Both the position numbers and the translations under genes were made by a program. Below are positions 23,116-32,000 of a DNA stretch of 32,000 bases, piece by piece. Position 1 is the stretch's first letter; every line of letters starts with the position of its first letter. Origin of the DNA: Edaphobacter aggregans (GTDB lineage Bacteria > Acidobacteriota > Terriglobia > Terriglobales > Acidobacteriaceae); NCBI RefSeq assembly GCF_003945235.1, contig NZ_RSDW01000001.1, positions 5,430,001-5,462,000 on the forward strand. Direction: 5' to 3'. The notes beneath the pieces are model-generated. The model was not told the origin of the DNA and did not search any database. It worked only from the letters and a program-made list of their open reading frames with translations.

Positions 23116-24915
23116 GTGCTGATGCGACGAGAGACGAACTACGAAAGATTTCCCATCTGTACGGTTAGCCAGTCTGGATCGGAAAGTTGGGAAGGTTGGC
23201 ACAAAATCCTGGAACGGTTAAAGGTTTTCGCTGCGCGAGAACAATGCACAATATTGTTCGAATGTTATCCGGGGGTATTTGAGAAGGCACTTACCAGCGC
23301 CCTGGTGGAGGGCATGCGGCCGTCGGGCCTGATCGTCACCTCGGACCTATTTAAGAGTCATTCTGAAATCGAGTTGATGGTATCGAGCGTGCTAGGCGAC
23401 GATCCTGTATTCGGCAGCATGAATGGATTTGAAATTGAGGATTTTTTCGATGACGCGAAACTCGTCGGCGCACGCGAACAGGTCAAAAACTGGAAACATG
23501 GACTTTTGATCATTGTCGGCACCGGTGCGTCCCTACTTTCTGCAGAACCAAGTCTGCTCGTCTATGCGGATATGACTCGTTGGGAGATCCAGCAGCGACA
23601 ACGACAGAAAACGGTCGGGAATCTAGGAGCCGACAATCTGCAGGAAAGCTCAGGACAGAAATACAAACGGGCGTTTTTCGTCGATTGGCGTGCTGCTGAC
23701 CATCTAAAGAAATCACTATTGGAGAAGATCGATTTTTGGCTTGACACGAACGGAGATATTCCGAAACTCGTGACAGGACGCGCCGTACGGGATGGGCTTA
23801 AACAGATTGCCCATCGCCCATTTCGTGTGGTTCCCTATTTCGATCCAGGGCCGTGGGGCGGCCATTGGATGGAGAAGGTTTGTGGTCTTCCTCCGGGGAT
23901 GCCAAATTATGCGTGGTGTTTCGACTGTGTACCCGAGGAAAACAGTTTGCTGCTCTCCTTCGGAGGGACGTGCATCGAGATTCCAGCCATGAACCTTACT
24001 CTTCTCTATCCGCGCGAGTTATTGGGCGAAGCGGTATTTTCTCGATTCGGCGCCGAATTCCCGATTCGTTTTGATTTCCTAGACACAATGGGCGGTGGAA
24101 ACCTATCGCTTCAGGTTCACCCGAAAACGCAATTTATCCGTGAGCATTTCGGTATGCAATACACGCAGGACGAGAGCTACTATTTACTCGATGCTGGCGA
24201 CGATGCCAGTGTATACCTCGGTCTTAAGACTGATACTGACAGGAAGGCCATGATCCGGGAGTTGAAGACGGCTCAGGACGACCGCGTCTCGTTCGGCGCT
24301 GAGACATACGTAAATCGCTTTCCGGCCAAAAAGCACGACCATTTCCTCATTCCGGCTGGCACCATCCATTGTTCGGGCAGAAACAGCATGGTTCTTGAGA
24401 TAAGCGCAACTCCGTATATTTTCACATTCAAGTTGTGGGACTGGGGCCGGCTGGGCCTGGATGGTTTGCCAAGACCGATTCATCTCGAACACGGCTTGGC
24501 AAACATCGTTTGGAACCGTGACACGGAATGGGTTGGGAAAAACCTGATCAATCGGATCGAACCTATGGGGGAGGGAACAGGTTGGCGCGAGGAGCGCACG
24601 GGGCTCCACGAATTGGAGTTTATTGAAACGCGCAGGCACTGGTTCACGAGTCCGACGCCTCATGATACGTTGGACACAGTTAATGTTCTCAACCTAGTTG
24701 AGGGGGAGGAGGCTATCGTCGAAAGCCCGACGGGAGCCTTCGATCCATTCGTCGTTCACTATGCTGAAACTTTCATTGTCCCGGCTGCAGTTGGCAGATA
24801 TCGAATTTCGCCAATCGGGCGTTCGGACCGAAAGGCCTGTGCAACGATCAAAGCGTTTGTTCGCAACGGGTGGCCTCACGTCCAACCGCTCGCAGAGAGA
24901 TTGTCAAGGCCGTAA
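23116..24915 (+). CDS. class I mannose-6-phosphate isomerase-like cupin protein with long N-terminal extension
   Basis: 599 aa with a GTG start and GGAG 6 nt upstream. The PMI type I core runs from about aa 235: PWGGHWM, FPIRFDFLDT, LSLQVHP, DESYYLLDA, FLIPAGTIHCSG. The first ~230 aa belong to no family I recognise. Confidence 0.8.
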   Translation: MLMRRETNYERFPICTVSQSGSESWEGWHKILERLKVFAAREQCTILFECYPGVFEKALTSALVEGMRPSGLIVTSDLFKSHSEIELMVSSVLGDDPVFGSMNGFEIEDFFDDAKLVGAREQVKNWKHGLLIIVGTGASLLSAEPSLLVYADMTRWEIQQRQRQKTVGNLGADNLQESSGQKYKRAFFVDWRAADHLKKSLLEKIDFWLDTNGDIPKLVTGRAVRDGLKQIAHRPFRVVPYFDPGPWGGHWMEKVCGLPPGMPNYAWCFDCVPEENSLLLSFGGTCIEIPAMNLTLLYPRELLGEAVFSRFGAEFPIRFDFLDTMGGGNLSLQVHPKTQFIREHFGMQYTQDESYYLLDAGDDASVYLGLKTDTDRKAMIRELKTAQDDRVSFGAETYVNRFPAKKHDHFLIPAGTIHCSGRNSMVLEISATPYIFTFKLWDWGRLGLDGLPRPIHLEHGLANIVWNRDTEWVGKNLINRIEPMGEGTGWREERTGLHELEFIETRRHWFTSPTPHDTLDTVNVLNLVEGEEAIVESPTGAFDPFVVHYAETFIVPAAVGRYRISPIGRSDRKACATIKAFVRNGWPHVQPLAERLSRP

Positions 24916-25090
24916 GGTTCCAGATTTTGGTGCTAACTTTAGCCTCCTACTCAGATCGTCGTAGGCTACATGACAGCTACTCGATCTTCACTCTCCTCTA
25001 GAGGACGATTGCGTATGGAGTTCTTCGACACGAAAAAATGAATTATAGATTGTTCCCCGGACGCCAATAAAACTTCCAGCTCTCGCTCCG

Positions 25091-26038
25091 CTACAGGGTC
25101 GGAAGATTTTCCGATAGCAGCGGAACTGCTCCCAGCAACGCAGCGTTTCCGCCCAGCATTGCCGCACACACCCGAGGTATTCCCCACCTCGTCCATGCGT
25201 GCGTTCTCACATGTCCCTCGACGAATGACAGAATGACATCAGCGCTTTGCATGACGCCTCCTCCGAATACGACCACCTCCGGGTCGTAGGCGTGGATGAG
25301 CGCAACCGCGTTAACCGCCCAAATGTTCAAACAATGCTGCTGGACTGCGCCGGCGACTGCATCTCCCTTTCGAGCGGCGGCGAAAAGCGTCTGAAAATCG
25401 ATCTGCGCTGCGCTGGCAAGGCTGGATTTGTCGAATCCCGGTGTCTCCCGCACTATCCGTGGTAATGACCAGCCTGACGCTTCCGCTTCCGCGCACCCAA
25501 CGTTGCCGCACGCGCATTTCTGCCCCCGATAGTTGACCGGCATGTGGCCTCCGAGGCATGCGGCTTGGGCATGGGCGCCGCGCACCAATTTTCCCAGCAT
25601 CATTGCGGCGCCGCCGATTCCGGTGCCGAGCGTGATCATAACGACATCCTGCACGCCTTGAGCTGCCCCCGCATATTGTTCGCCAAGCAGGGCCATCCGA
25701 GCATCGTTCTCGATCCGAAGACCAAGGCCAAATTGCTCAATTGCCCATTGCTTGAGATCGAGATCAATCGCATCTTCATATTTCTTCAGCGTGGAGAGAA
25801 TGCGGCCGTTGCGCACATCCACTATTCCCGGGAACCCGATTGCAATGCCGTCACACCCCTCCGCAGTTACGCCGCTGTCTTTCAAGAGCGTTCTGAGCAC
25901 CTCCGTGATGCGAGGCAGAAGCGATTCGAGCGATCTCGCTCGCTCCGAATCGAGCGATGCTGAACCCAGTAACTCATTGTCCCGGACGACTCCACAGCCA
26001 ATATGTGTACCACCCATGTCAAGGGAGAGAGCGAGCAT
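25091..26038 (-). CDS. ROK-family sugar kinase (probable manno/glucokinase)
   Basis: 315 aa. The N-terminal ATP-binding motif is LSLDMGGTHIGCGVV, with additional motifs ITLGTGIGGA and the ROK zinc motif CACGNVGCAEAEASG. It sits 23 nt downstream of the transporter gene on the same strand. Confidence 0.92.
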   Translation of the reverse strand: MLALSLDMGGTHIGCGVVRDNELLGSASLDSERARSLESLLPRITEVLRTLLKDSGVTAEGCDGIAIGFPGIVDVRNGRILSTLKKYEDAIDLDLKQWAIEQFGLGLRIENDARMALLGEQYAGAAQGVQDVVMITLGTGIGGAAMMLGKLVRGAHAQAACLGGHMPVNYRGQKCACGNVGCAEAEASGWSLPRIVRETPGFDKSSLASAAQIDFQTLFAAARKGDAVAGAVQQHCLNIWAVNAVALIHAYDPEVVVFGGGVMQSADVILSFVEGHVRTHAWTRWGIPRVCAAMLGGNAALLGAVPLLSENLPTL

Positions 26039-26061
26039 CTAAGTGAACTCCAGCTTTGGAA

Positions 26062-27075
26062 TCAGCGCAAATAACGGGTTGAACCAGCCAGGATAAAAAT
26101 CGCTAGCACGAGCACTGTCACACCGGTCCACTGGATGCGGATAGGGAGCGCCCCGCCATCTCTCCACTCGCCCGTGAACATGCCCAATATAGTCGCGGTG
26201 ATCACGATCAGTGACATGAATAAAGGCCATCCAAGGATCGGACCCCAGGCTCCTAGTTGGCTCGCTGCCAGTCCATAAAGCAGGGTGCTTCCAAACCAGA
26301 GGACGGCCATCATCGCCGCCAGTGCCCAATGTGAACGCCCCACTCGGTACTTAGATCCGGAACGATTCCGTTTCATCAGCCATGCACAATACACAACATT
26401 CGGAACTGCACCGGCAAGCATCAGCGGAAACCAAACCGCGTTGATCGCGTTGAGTTCGCTTGCGCCAAAAGAGCGAGCTACTTCAACCAACGGTGTCCCA
26501 AAAGCGACCCCGAAATTCATGAGCGATGCGCAAAGACCACACAGAATAGCAAGCAGCAGCCCTCGCGAGATCCGTTTTTGAGAGGAAGTAGACTGGGCGT
26601 TCGATCTCTCTCGCATCCTTCCGGCCGCGGCACAGAGCATCACGCCCAACAGGATGAGCGCAATTGAACCAAACACCGCATACCCCGCTGTGCTGTTGAG
26701 GGATTCTCGATGCAGAGACACCATCGGGATCAGGCTGCCCACCGCCGCAGATGTTCCTAAGACGATAGAAAATGCGAGTGTAATCCCGATCATATCCACG
26801 GCGACTCCGAAAAATACCTGCGCTACTCCCCAGCCCGCACCGAATCCACAGATTTGAAGGATTATGTTCGGCGACGCGGAGCGGTAAACCATCCACAGAT
26901 TCGGGATGGTTACGAGCGCGGCGGCAAGAGGCAGAACCACGAGCGCGAAAACTGTCCAGACGAGCCAAGTGTTCTCCCAAGCCCATCTGCGGGCGTACTT
27001 CATCGGCATCGTGAAGCTGGCGTTTGTAACACCGGCAATGATGAGGGTTGCGATCCCGCACGACGTACTGCTCAT
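26062..27075 (-). CDS. RhaT-family sugar:H+ symporter
   Basis: 337 aa with about 10 TMs. The N-terminus IAGVTNASFTMPMKYARRWAWENTWLVWTVFALVVLPLAAALVTIPNLWMVY parallels the E. coli RhaT N-terminus (FYAPFKKVKKWSWETMW...LPNFW). AGGA lies 8 nt before the ATG. Confidence 0.8.
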   Translation of the reverse strand: MSSTSCGIATLIIAGVTNASFTMPMKYARRWAWENTWLVWTVFALVVLPLAAALVTIPNLWMVYRSASPNIILQICGFGAGWGVAQVFFGVAVDMIGITLAFSIVLGTSAAVGSLIPMVSLHRESLNSTAGYAVFGSIALILLGVMLCAAAGRMRERSNAQSTSSQKRISRGLLLAILCGLCASLMNFGVAFGTPLVEVARSFGASELNAINAVWFPLMLAGAVPNVVYCAWLMKRNRSGSKYRVGRSHWALAAMMAVLWFGSTLLYGLAASQLGAWGPILGWPLFMSLIVITATILGMFTGEWRDGGALPIRIQWTGVTVLVLAIFILAGSTRYLR

Positions 27076-27240
27076 GAATTGATTCCTTTCGCTCAGCTTT
27101 AGTCGCTACCGGTGTGAAACCTCTCTTGTTGATCACGCCCAAGTCAACGGCCGAAATTTCAAGGACGCGCCCAAAAGCGAACATCGGCGCGTGATAGTCA
27201 GTATCGGATTCTATCATGCTACATAAGCGTATTAAGGTAT

Positions 27241-27274
27241 ATCGATCATAATATGTGATTATTTCGATCATAAT
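27241..27274 (+). promoter_or_regulatory. tandem (A/T)TCGATCATAAT boxes, candidate DeoR-regulator operator
   Basis: ATCGATCATAAT (27241-52) and TTCGATCATAAT (27263-74) are 22 bp apart in the transporter/DeoR divergent intergenic region. A degenerate third copy TTCTATCATGCT lies at 27209-20. Confidence 0.45.
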
Positions 27275-27523
27275 GTTCAGCTTTAAGGCTGCGCCAGAGT
27301 GAGAAGCTTGTGAATGATATCCGGCTTTAAGAAGCCTGCCGCGCGCAGTGGCTGTCGCCGGGGGCAGACTGCAGAAATTTGTGGCGTTTCATTCTTACCA
27401 TTTCTCTCCGATCTCATTGTGATTCTTTTCCACTCTTTCGAGCATATCTGGCGGCTATACGCGCACGGACATGTTATTGTAGGTGCAACAACTATACGAA
27501 TCGCCTTGTTTGGCTAAGGAAAT

Positions 27524-28315
27524 ATGCCCCCAAAGAGTGACAACCTGACTGCACGCCACGAATATATCCTTCAGCGCTTGCAGGCGACAGGCACCGTTGC
27601 TATCGAAGAACTCTGCACGACGCTCGGAGCATCGATCGCCACCATTCGCCGAGATTTAGAAGACCTCGAAAGCCGATCTTTGCTCAGGCGCACACGCGGC
27701 GGCGCAGTACCAATAGGACCACTGTTTTACGAGCCGTTTCGGAATGACACTTCTTTCCAGGACAAAGTAAACAGCTTTGCCGAAGAAAAGCGTCGGATTG
27801 CGCTGACGGCAGCCGGTCTTGTTAGCACGGGACAAACCATTGCCTTAACCGGAGGCACTACAACAACCGAAGTAGTTCGGAGCCTTAAGGTGCTCAGCGA
27901 CATTTCCATCATCACAAATACCGTAAATGTGGCAATGGAATTGAGTAACAGGAAGGACATCGAGGTGATAGTGACGGGAGGGCACCTCCGCGGAAGTTGG
28001 TTCACTCTCGTGGGTCCGCTCGCAACCGCCGCGGCCGAGATGCTTTTCTCCGATATCATGTTCATCGGCGTCGACGGCATCGATGCAAAGAAAGGCTTGA
28101 CCTGCACGAATCCTTCCGAGGCCGAGATCCTGCGGAAACTTGTACACAATGCCAAAATGAAGGTTGTGGTCGCTGATCACAGCAAACTCGGTTCTGTCAG
28201 TAAGTATCTCCTCTGTCCAACAAAGGAAATAGACAAGTTAATTACCGATACGGGTGCGTCTGCTTCAGCAATTGCACCCTTCGAAAAACTCGGAATTGAC
28301 GTCATCCGGGCTTGA
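27524..28315 (+). CDS. DeoR/GlpR-family transcriptional regulator
   Basis: 263 aa. The N-terminal HTH is RHEYILQRLQATGTVAIEELCTTLGASIATIRRDLEDLE. The C-terminal DeoR sugar-phosphate sensor domain shows IALTGGTTT, FIGVDGID and KVVVADHSK. Confidence 0.93.
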   Translation: MPPKSDNLTARHEYILQRLQATGTVAIEELCTTLGASIATIRRDLEDLESRSLLRRTRGGAVPIGPLFYEPFRNDTSFQDKVNSFAEEKRRIALTAAGLVSTGQTIALTGGTTTTEVVRSLKVLSDISIITNTVNVAMELSNRKDIEVIVTGGHLRGSWFTLVGPLATAAAEMLFSDIMFIGVDGIDAKKGLTCTNPSEAEILRKLVHNAKMKVVVADHSKLGSVSKYLLCPTKEIDKLITDTGASASAIAPFEKLGIDVIRA

Positions 28316-28333
28316 AGTCGATTGCATCCGGGC

Positions 28334-31228
28334 CTATGTGTTCAGCGCTTCAATGCGCAGGGTAATCAATTCCCAAGCGGGTACCTCCACTTGTGTACCG
28401 AGTTGTTCAAGCGGTCGCTCGCGGAGGTCGCTACGCCAAACCTTGATAGGTGTGTCATCTGTCCACGTCAGGTTAGCTTTACGGCTCTCTCCCGCGGCGC
28501 CGAAAAGCAGGACAATCCACGCGCTGCCGTCTGCACTTCGCTTGCATTCCTGCAGAAGTATATCTTCCTGATCTATCCGGAGCTTCAGGGCCATTCGAGA
28601 TCGCTGCCCTTGGGCAGAAGCAATAAGGGGCTGTGACATACCAATCGCAAATCGGCTGGCATCTACGGGCTTGTAGCCGCCGTGCGGACGAAGCGCATAC
28701 CGAAACTCGATGGGTCCATCCTGATACGCGCGGTAATTCGTTCCCCAATGATTGTTCATGACCCAGGAATAAAACTTCTGCGTGGGCCCAATATGCCTAC
28801 GCCAGATCTCAGGATGGGTTTGCGAGCCTAGCATGGTGGCCGAAAGATAGCCGATTTCAACCAGAGGCGCATCAAGTGTCGCGCAGGTGACGCCGTACTC
28901 CGCATTTGCTACATCGATCCACCGGCCCACAGGCAACCAGTTCTTGCAAGATCCCGGAAGTTGATCAATCTCAGGACGCATTACTGCAAGAGGAACATCG
29001 ATGTGAATCTGACCGTTCTCAATAGCAAACGGAAAGGCAAATTGCATGCTTTCTTTGGACCCATGTTGAGCAAATTCTACGGCAGGTGCATCTTTGCCCG
29101 GGTGCGGATTTAGCGGTGCGCGTTTCTTATTTACGGTGTTGGATAGTTCAATCCAACCCATATTAGCCTTCAATCGTACGCGACGAACAAGGTCCAAACA
29201 TCCCGGCGCGGAAGACTCGATACGGATCGTGGCAACGAGAGGACCGGGTTCCTCGATTACGATGCGCACAGGCCCGCTCGTGCTCACCTTTGATACATCA
29301 CTGCCTTCAAGGAACAGGTACTTATTTACCGCCTCGCTTGAGCTGGTGTCCACAAGGTTGTGCATGTTCCTGCTGGACATTAGCTCGACGACGTTGCCGT
29401 TCTTGCTGTCGACTTTCGCGCGCACAACACCGTTATCCAAGACTCCGTCCAGCACCGTAACGCGTACTGACGGCGCATGCGGCGCTGCAGCTGAAAGATG
29501 AAAACTCGCACTCCCCAGCGCGGGAACATTCTCCGCGATAAAGGCCAATTCCCCCGTTGAAAGACGTTGCGATGGAACAGATATACCGTGTTCGTTCTTC
29601 ACATGATCTTTGCCCAGGGACCTCTCCTTCGAGATCAGTACAACTTCTGTCCTCGGCCAAGAGCAGGTGTTATGTACATCTACGTTTGAGCTATCGCCGT
29701 CGCTTCCGTATGCGTCGAGCACTTCATCGAGGAGCCTGTTTGATTCATTCTCGGCCTCAACCGCGAATTGGCGTTTAACTTGCCATTGTTGTGCCACAAA
29801 GTGATTCTCAGAGTCCGAGACACTATTCCATGCTCCCCATGTGTGTTCCGAGTACAACAAAACATTTCTCCAGGCTGCGTCAAAATCGGCCTTCTTGTAT
29901 GCCGGCGGTGCGAGGATCGCCGAGAGGGTTGCCGCCTGAGTCAGGCGCTCGGATGCTCTGCGGTTCATCCGTGTCTCTAAAGCCGATGACCCTGCTCCAT
30001 CCTCCCAATAAGAAGTCAAGTCACCCTTCAATTCCGGTAGTTGGTGGCCATGCTGTTTCTCGAATGCCGCAAACGCATCGCTCGTCGTTGAAATGGACAA
30101 GCGGGGCCATTCGTATTCTTCATTCCATTGCTTCACGAACTCGCAAATTTCCGGATCAGGGGGGGCATTGTCGCCTTCGCCCGCCCACCGAACATAAGAG
30201 ATTTGATAGGGGAAACCGACCTCATCTAGTCTCGCTTGATACTTGTTGACCCACATTGTGTCCAGCTTCATGATGTGCGACATCGCATACCCGGTCCACG
30301 GAACCCAGAAAAGCACTCTTTCATGGCCTGAAGGAGAGACCCACCAGAACGGTTTATCCTGCCACTCGACCATAAAGGTCCCTATGCGGTCGAAGTAATT
30401 GGGAGCAGCCGAGAAGAAGCGGATGCCTGCTTGAGCCATAGCCGAGACCGTCCCCCAGGTATACCCGGGAACATCGCTGATCATGGCTGAGTCAACGCGA
30501 ACTCCGCATTGATCGCCTAATTCGGTTGAGTAACGAAACAATTGGAGAAGTTCTTCAGGTCGGCAAAGGCCAGTCAGCTCGTTCGCATACATCCCGTTGA
30601 TCGCGACCCAGCCCTTCTTCACCGCGCTCATCAGCTCTTCGCGCTCTGGCGCAGTCTTAGTTCTCATGAACAGATCCGCTCCCCAGAGAACCTCGAGGTT
30701 CCAAATGAATCGGGCTCCTGGCGGGTAGTTGGCCGTGTTTCGCGCTAGCTCGATTCCCTTGGAGATATTTGCCATTTGTTTTGCTTCAATATTGCTCTGG
30801 AGATCCGTAAATCCAAGGTCATGGTGAGAATGAGGCAAGATGAAGATCTGGACTTTGCGTACCGGTTCTACACGAACTTCGGCCGAATCCGAATTGCCGG
30901 CGATTTCATAGTCGATAAGCACTTGCCTGGCTGTTTCAGCTGGATCGACATAGACGTTGAACGTATGTGTCCCGGAAGACAGAACGCGACGCTCGACTTC
31001 TTGGTGGTCGGCGCGTACGACCAACGTTGCCTCCGTTCCGGCGTGCGCTATCGTCAGTTGGATCGGTTGAACAAGTCTCCCACCCTTATTCGCCATCCCG
31101 CGAATTGGCAAGGCAAAGCTCGACTTCTCCAAAGAGGTCTGATCTTGGCCAAGAGCCAAGGTCAGAGGTCGCGCACAAATGATACCGGCTGCAGACGCAA
31201 TTCCTTTTATGACTTTACGTCTTTCCAT
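28334..31228 (-). CDS. GH38-family alpha-mannosidase, probable Tat signal
   Basis: The track ORF extends to a GTG at 31282. ATG at 31228 gives MERRKVIKGIASAAGIICARPLTLALG, a twin-arginine-type signal. The GH38 N-terminal catalytic signature is FILPHSHHDLGFTD, followed by the central and C-terminal beta-sandwich domains typical of ~1000-aa bacterial GH38 enzymes. Confidence 0.88.
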   Translation of the reverse strand: MERRKVIKGIASAAGIICARPLTLALGQDQTSLEKSSFALPIRGMANKGGRLVQPIQLTIAHAGTEATLVVRADHQEVERRVLSSGTHTFNVYVDPAETARQVLIDYEIAGNSDSAEVRVEPVRKVQIFILPHSHHDLGFTDLQSNIEAKQMANISKGIELARNTANYPPGARFIWNLEVLWGADLFMRTKTAPEREELMSAVKKGWVAINGMYANELTGLCRPEELLQLFRYSTELGDQCGVRVDSAMISDVPGYTWGTVSAMAQAGIRFFSAAPNYFDRIGTFMVEWQDKPFWWVSPSGHERVLFWVPWTGYAMSHIMKLDTMWVNKYQARLDEVGFPYQISYVRWAGEGDNAPPDPEICEFVKQWNEEYEWPRLSISTTSDAFAAFEKQHGHQLPELKGDLTSYWEDGAGSSALETRMNRRASERLTQAATLSAILAPPAYKKADFDAAWRNVLLYSEHTWGAWNSVSDSENHFVAQQWQVKRQFAVEAENESNRLLDEVLDAYGSDGDSSNVDVHNTCSWPRTEVVLISKERSLGKDHVKNEHGISVPSQRLSTGELAFIAENVPALGSASFHLSAAAPHAPSVRVTVLDGVLDNGVVRAKVDSKNGNVVELMSSRNMHNLVDTSSSEAVNKYLFLEGSDVSKVSTSGPVRIVIEEPGPLVATIRIESSAPGCLDLVRRVRLKANMGWIELSNTVNKKRAPLNPHPGKDAPAVEFAQHGSKESMQFAFPFAIENGQIHIDVPLAVMRPEIDQLPGSCKNWLPVGRWIDVANAEYGVTCATLDAPLVEIGYLSATMLGSQTHPEIWRRHIGPTQKFYSWVMNNHWGTNYRAYQDGPIEFRYALRPHGGYKPVDASRFAIGMSQPLIASAQGQRSRMALKLRIDQEDILLQECKRSADGSAWIVLLFGAAGESRKANLTWTDDTPIKVWRSDLRERPLEQLGTQVEVPAWELITLRIEALNT

Positions 31229-31395
31229 ACTCGGTAAGAAATTCCCTTTCTGCCAACGCGAACGGACCCGAACGAGCGACACGCACGTCAGTGTTACATC
31301 CGTTCGAGATCCCGATTAGATAGGGAGGAACGAGAGGACCCTCACATGTCGTCGGTTCAGCTGGAGTGTGGTACCGAGCGAGAACACTAACGAAG

Positions 31396-31407
31396 ATAAT
31401 GATCGAA
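31396..31407 (-). promoter_or_regulatory. copy of the TTCGATCATnAT locus motif (reverse orientation) between GH38 and the receptor gene
   Basis: ATAATGATCGAA is the reverse complement of TTCGATCATTAT. A second related copy, ATGATAATCGAA, lies at 31460-31471. Confidence 0.35.
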
Positions 31408-31720
31408 TATCAATAAAGCAAGCAGTATAAGAGATTGATATACGACATTAGCCGCAGTAATGATAATCGAATCAACGCAGACCTCCTTTCCCGAATTCCG
31501 ATATTTGCGGCACGTAACAGGACTAAGGATCGCTTATGACGATTGTAATGCTAATAAAAGATCAGTTTTACTGATTGACAATCGGCATTTCGCTCACCTA
31601 TGATCCTCGGCAACCAAGAAAGCACAGTGTCAGCGACTTGGAAATCAGGCCGCAACCCCAATGGGTGGCGGCAATTAATCGTGCAAAACCCCGGATCGAA
31701 TTTTTTTGGAGGACGACGTA

Positions 31721-32000
31721 ATGTACAAAGCTTTTCGGAGCGCCAAGATGCGTGAAGATTGGAATCACTGGAGACTGGGCAGGAGAGGATGGCTTGCAAT
31801 TGCAGGATTCGCGTTGTTATGCTGCGGGATCCTGTTTGGCAACTGCCCAGCCTTGCTAGCGCAAAATACGACAGGGTCGTTCAACGGTCACGTTTATGAC
31901 GCGACCGGTTCCGTGGTGGTAGATGCGAAAGTCGCTTTGCACGACGTTCAAACTGGATTGACGCGGAACGCCACGACCAACAGTGACGGCCTCTATGAAT
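31721..32000 (+). CDS. TonB-dependent receptor with carboxypeptidase-regulatory-like domain, N-terminal part (runs off the right edge)
   Basis: GGAGGA (31708-13) lies 7 nt before the ATG at 31721. Translation MYKAFRSAKMREDWNHWRLGRRGWLAIAGFALLCCGILFGNCPALLAQNTTGSFNGHVYDATGSVVVDAKVALHDVQTGLTRNATTNSDGLYE has the same domain signature as the 15015-17717 receptor. Confidence 0.8.
   Translation, partial: MYKAFRSAKMREDWNHWRLGRRGWLAIAGFALLCCGILFGNCPALLAQNTTGSFNGHVYDATGSVVVDAKVALHDVQTGLTRNATTNSDGLYE

Noticed and set aside
26483-27271. 262-aa minus-strand ORF overlapping the RhaT-family gene and its upstream region
   Set aside because: The other minus frame encodes a clean 10-TM transporter with an SD and ATG. 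This frame is Arg-rich, has no motif and runs through the intergenic operator boxes.
31457-31471. Fur-box-like sequence GTAATGATAATCGAA upstream of the second TonB-dependent receptor
   Set aside because: It matches only the first part of the 19-bp Fur consensus (GATAATGATAATCATTATC). It fits better as a variant of the TTCGATCATnAT motif that also occurs upstream of non-iron genes in the sugar locus. I keep it as an alternative hypothesis only.
1-32000. CRISPR arrays, IS elements/transposases, integrases, toxin-antitoxin or known defence systems
   Set aside because: By eye I found no regularly spaced repeats, no terminal inverted repeats flanking an ORF, and no ORF with DDE, tyrosine- or serine-recombinase, nuclease or ATPase-defence motifs. 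The only mobility-related signal is the tRNA fragment.

Overview
The window reads like a chromosomal segment of an Acidobacteriota (Terriglobia-type) genome; this taxon call is inference from gene content (TonB-dependent receptors with N-terminal carboxypeptidase-regulatory-like domains, Tat-exported glycosidases). It has two functional halves. Positions 1-20,000 hold a dense metal-homeostasis cluster. It contains a CusRS-like two-component system divergent from a secreted-protein / DUF190 (PII-like) / TolC / MFP / RND efflux operon, then an MgtC-DUF4010 protein. Next comes a frameshifted thioredoxin-like ferredoxin plus MerC-like permease operon, divergent from an RcnR-type (H3-C35-H60-H64) repressor and a P1B ATPase that lacks the CPx motif. 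The cluster ends with a mirror-image module in which two DUF2946-like HCxLC small proteins each precede an outer-membrane barrel (a 900-aa TonB-dependent receptor and a 278-aa MetA-type barrel). At 20,019-20,060 lies a 42-nt tRNA-Asn(GTT) 3' fragment with no 5' half, which I read as an att-type scar marking an island boundary. Positions 20,375-32,000 hold an alpha-mannoside utilisation locus: GH92, PMI-like isomerase, ROK kinase, RhaT-family symporter, DeoR regulator, GH38 and a second TonB-dependent receptor (partial). A TTCGATCATnAT motif recurs in its three intergenic regions. I saw no CRISPR array, rRNA, intact tRNA, transposase or integrase. All family calls come from motif-level reading of the translations; no database search was run.
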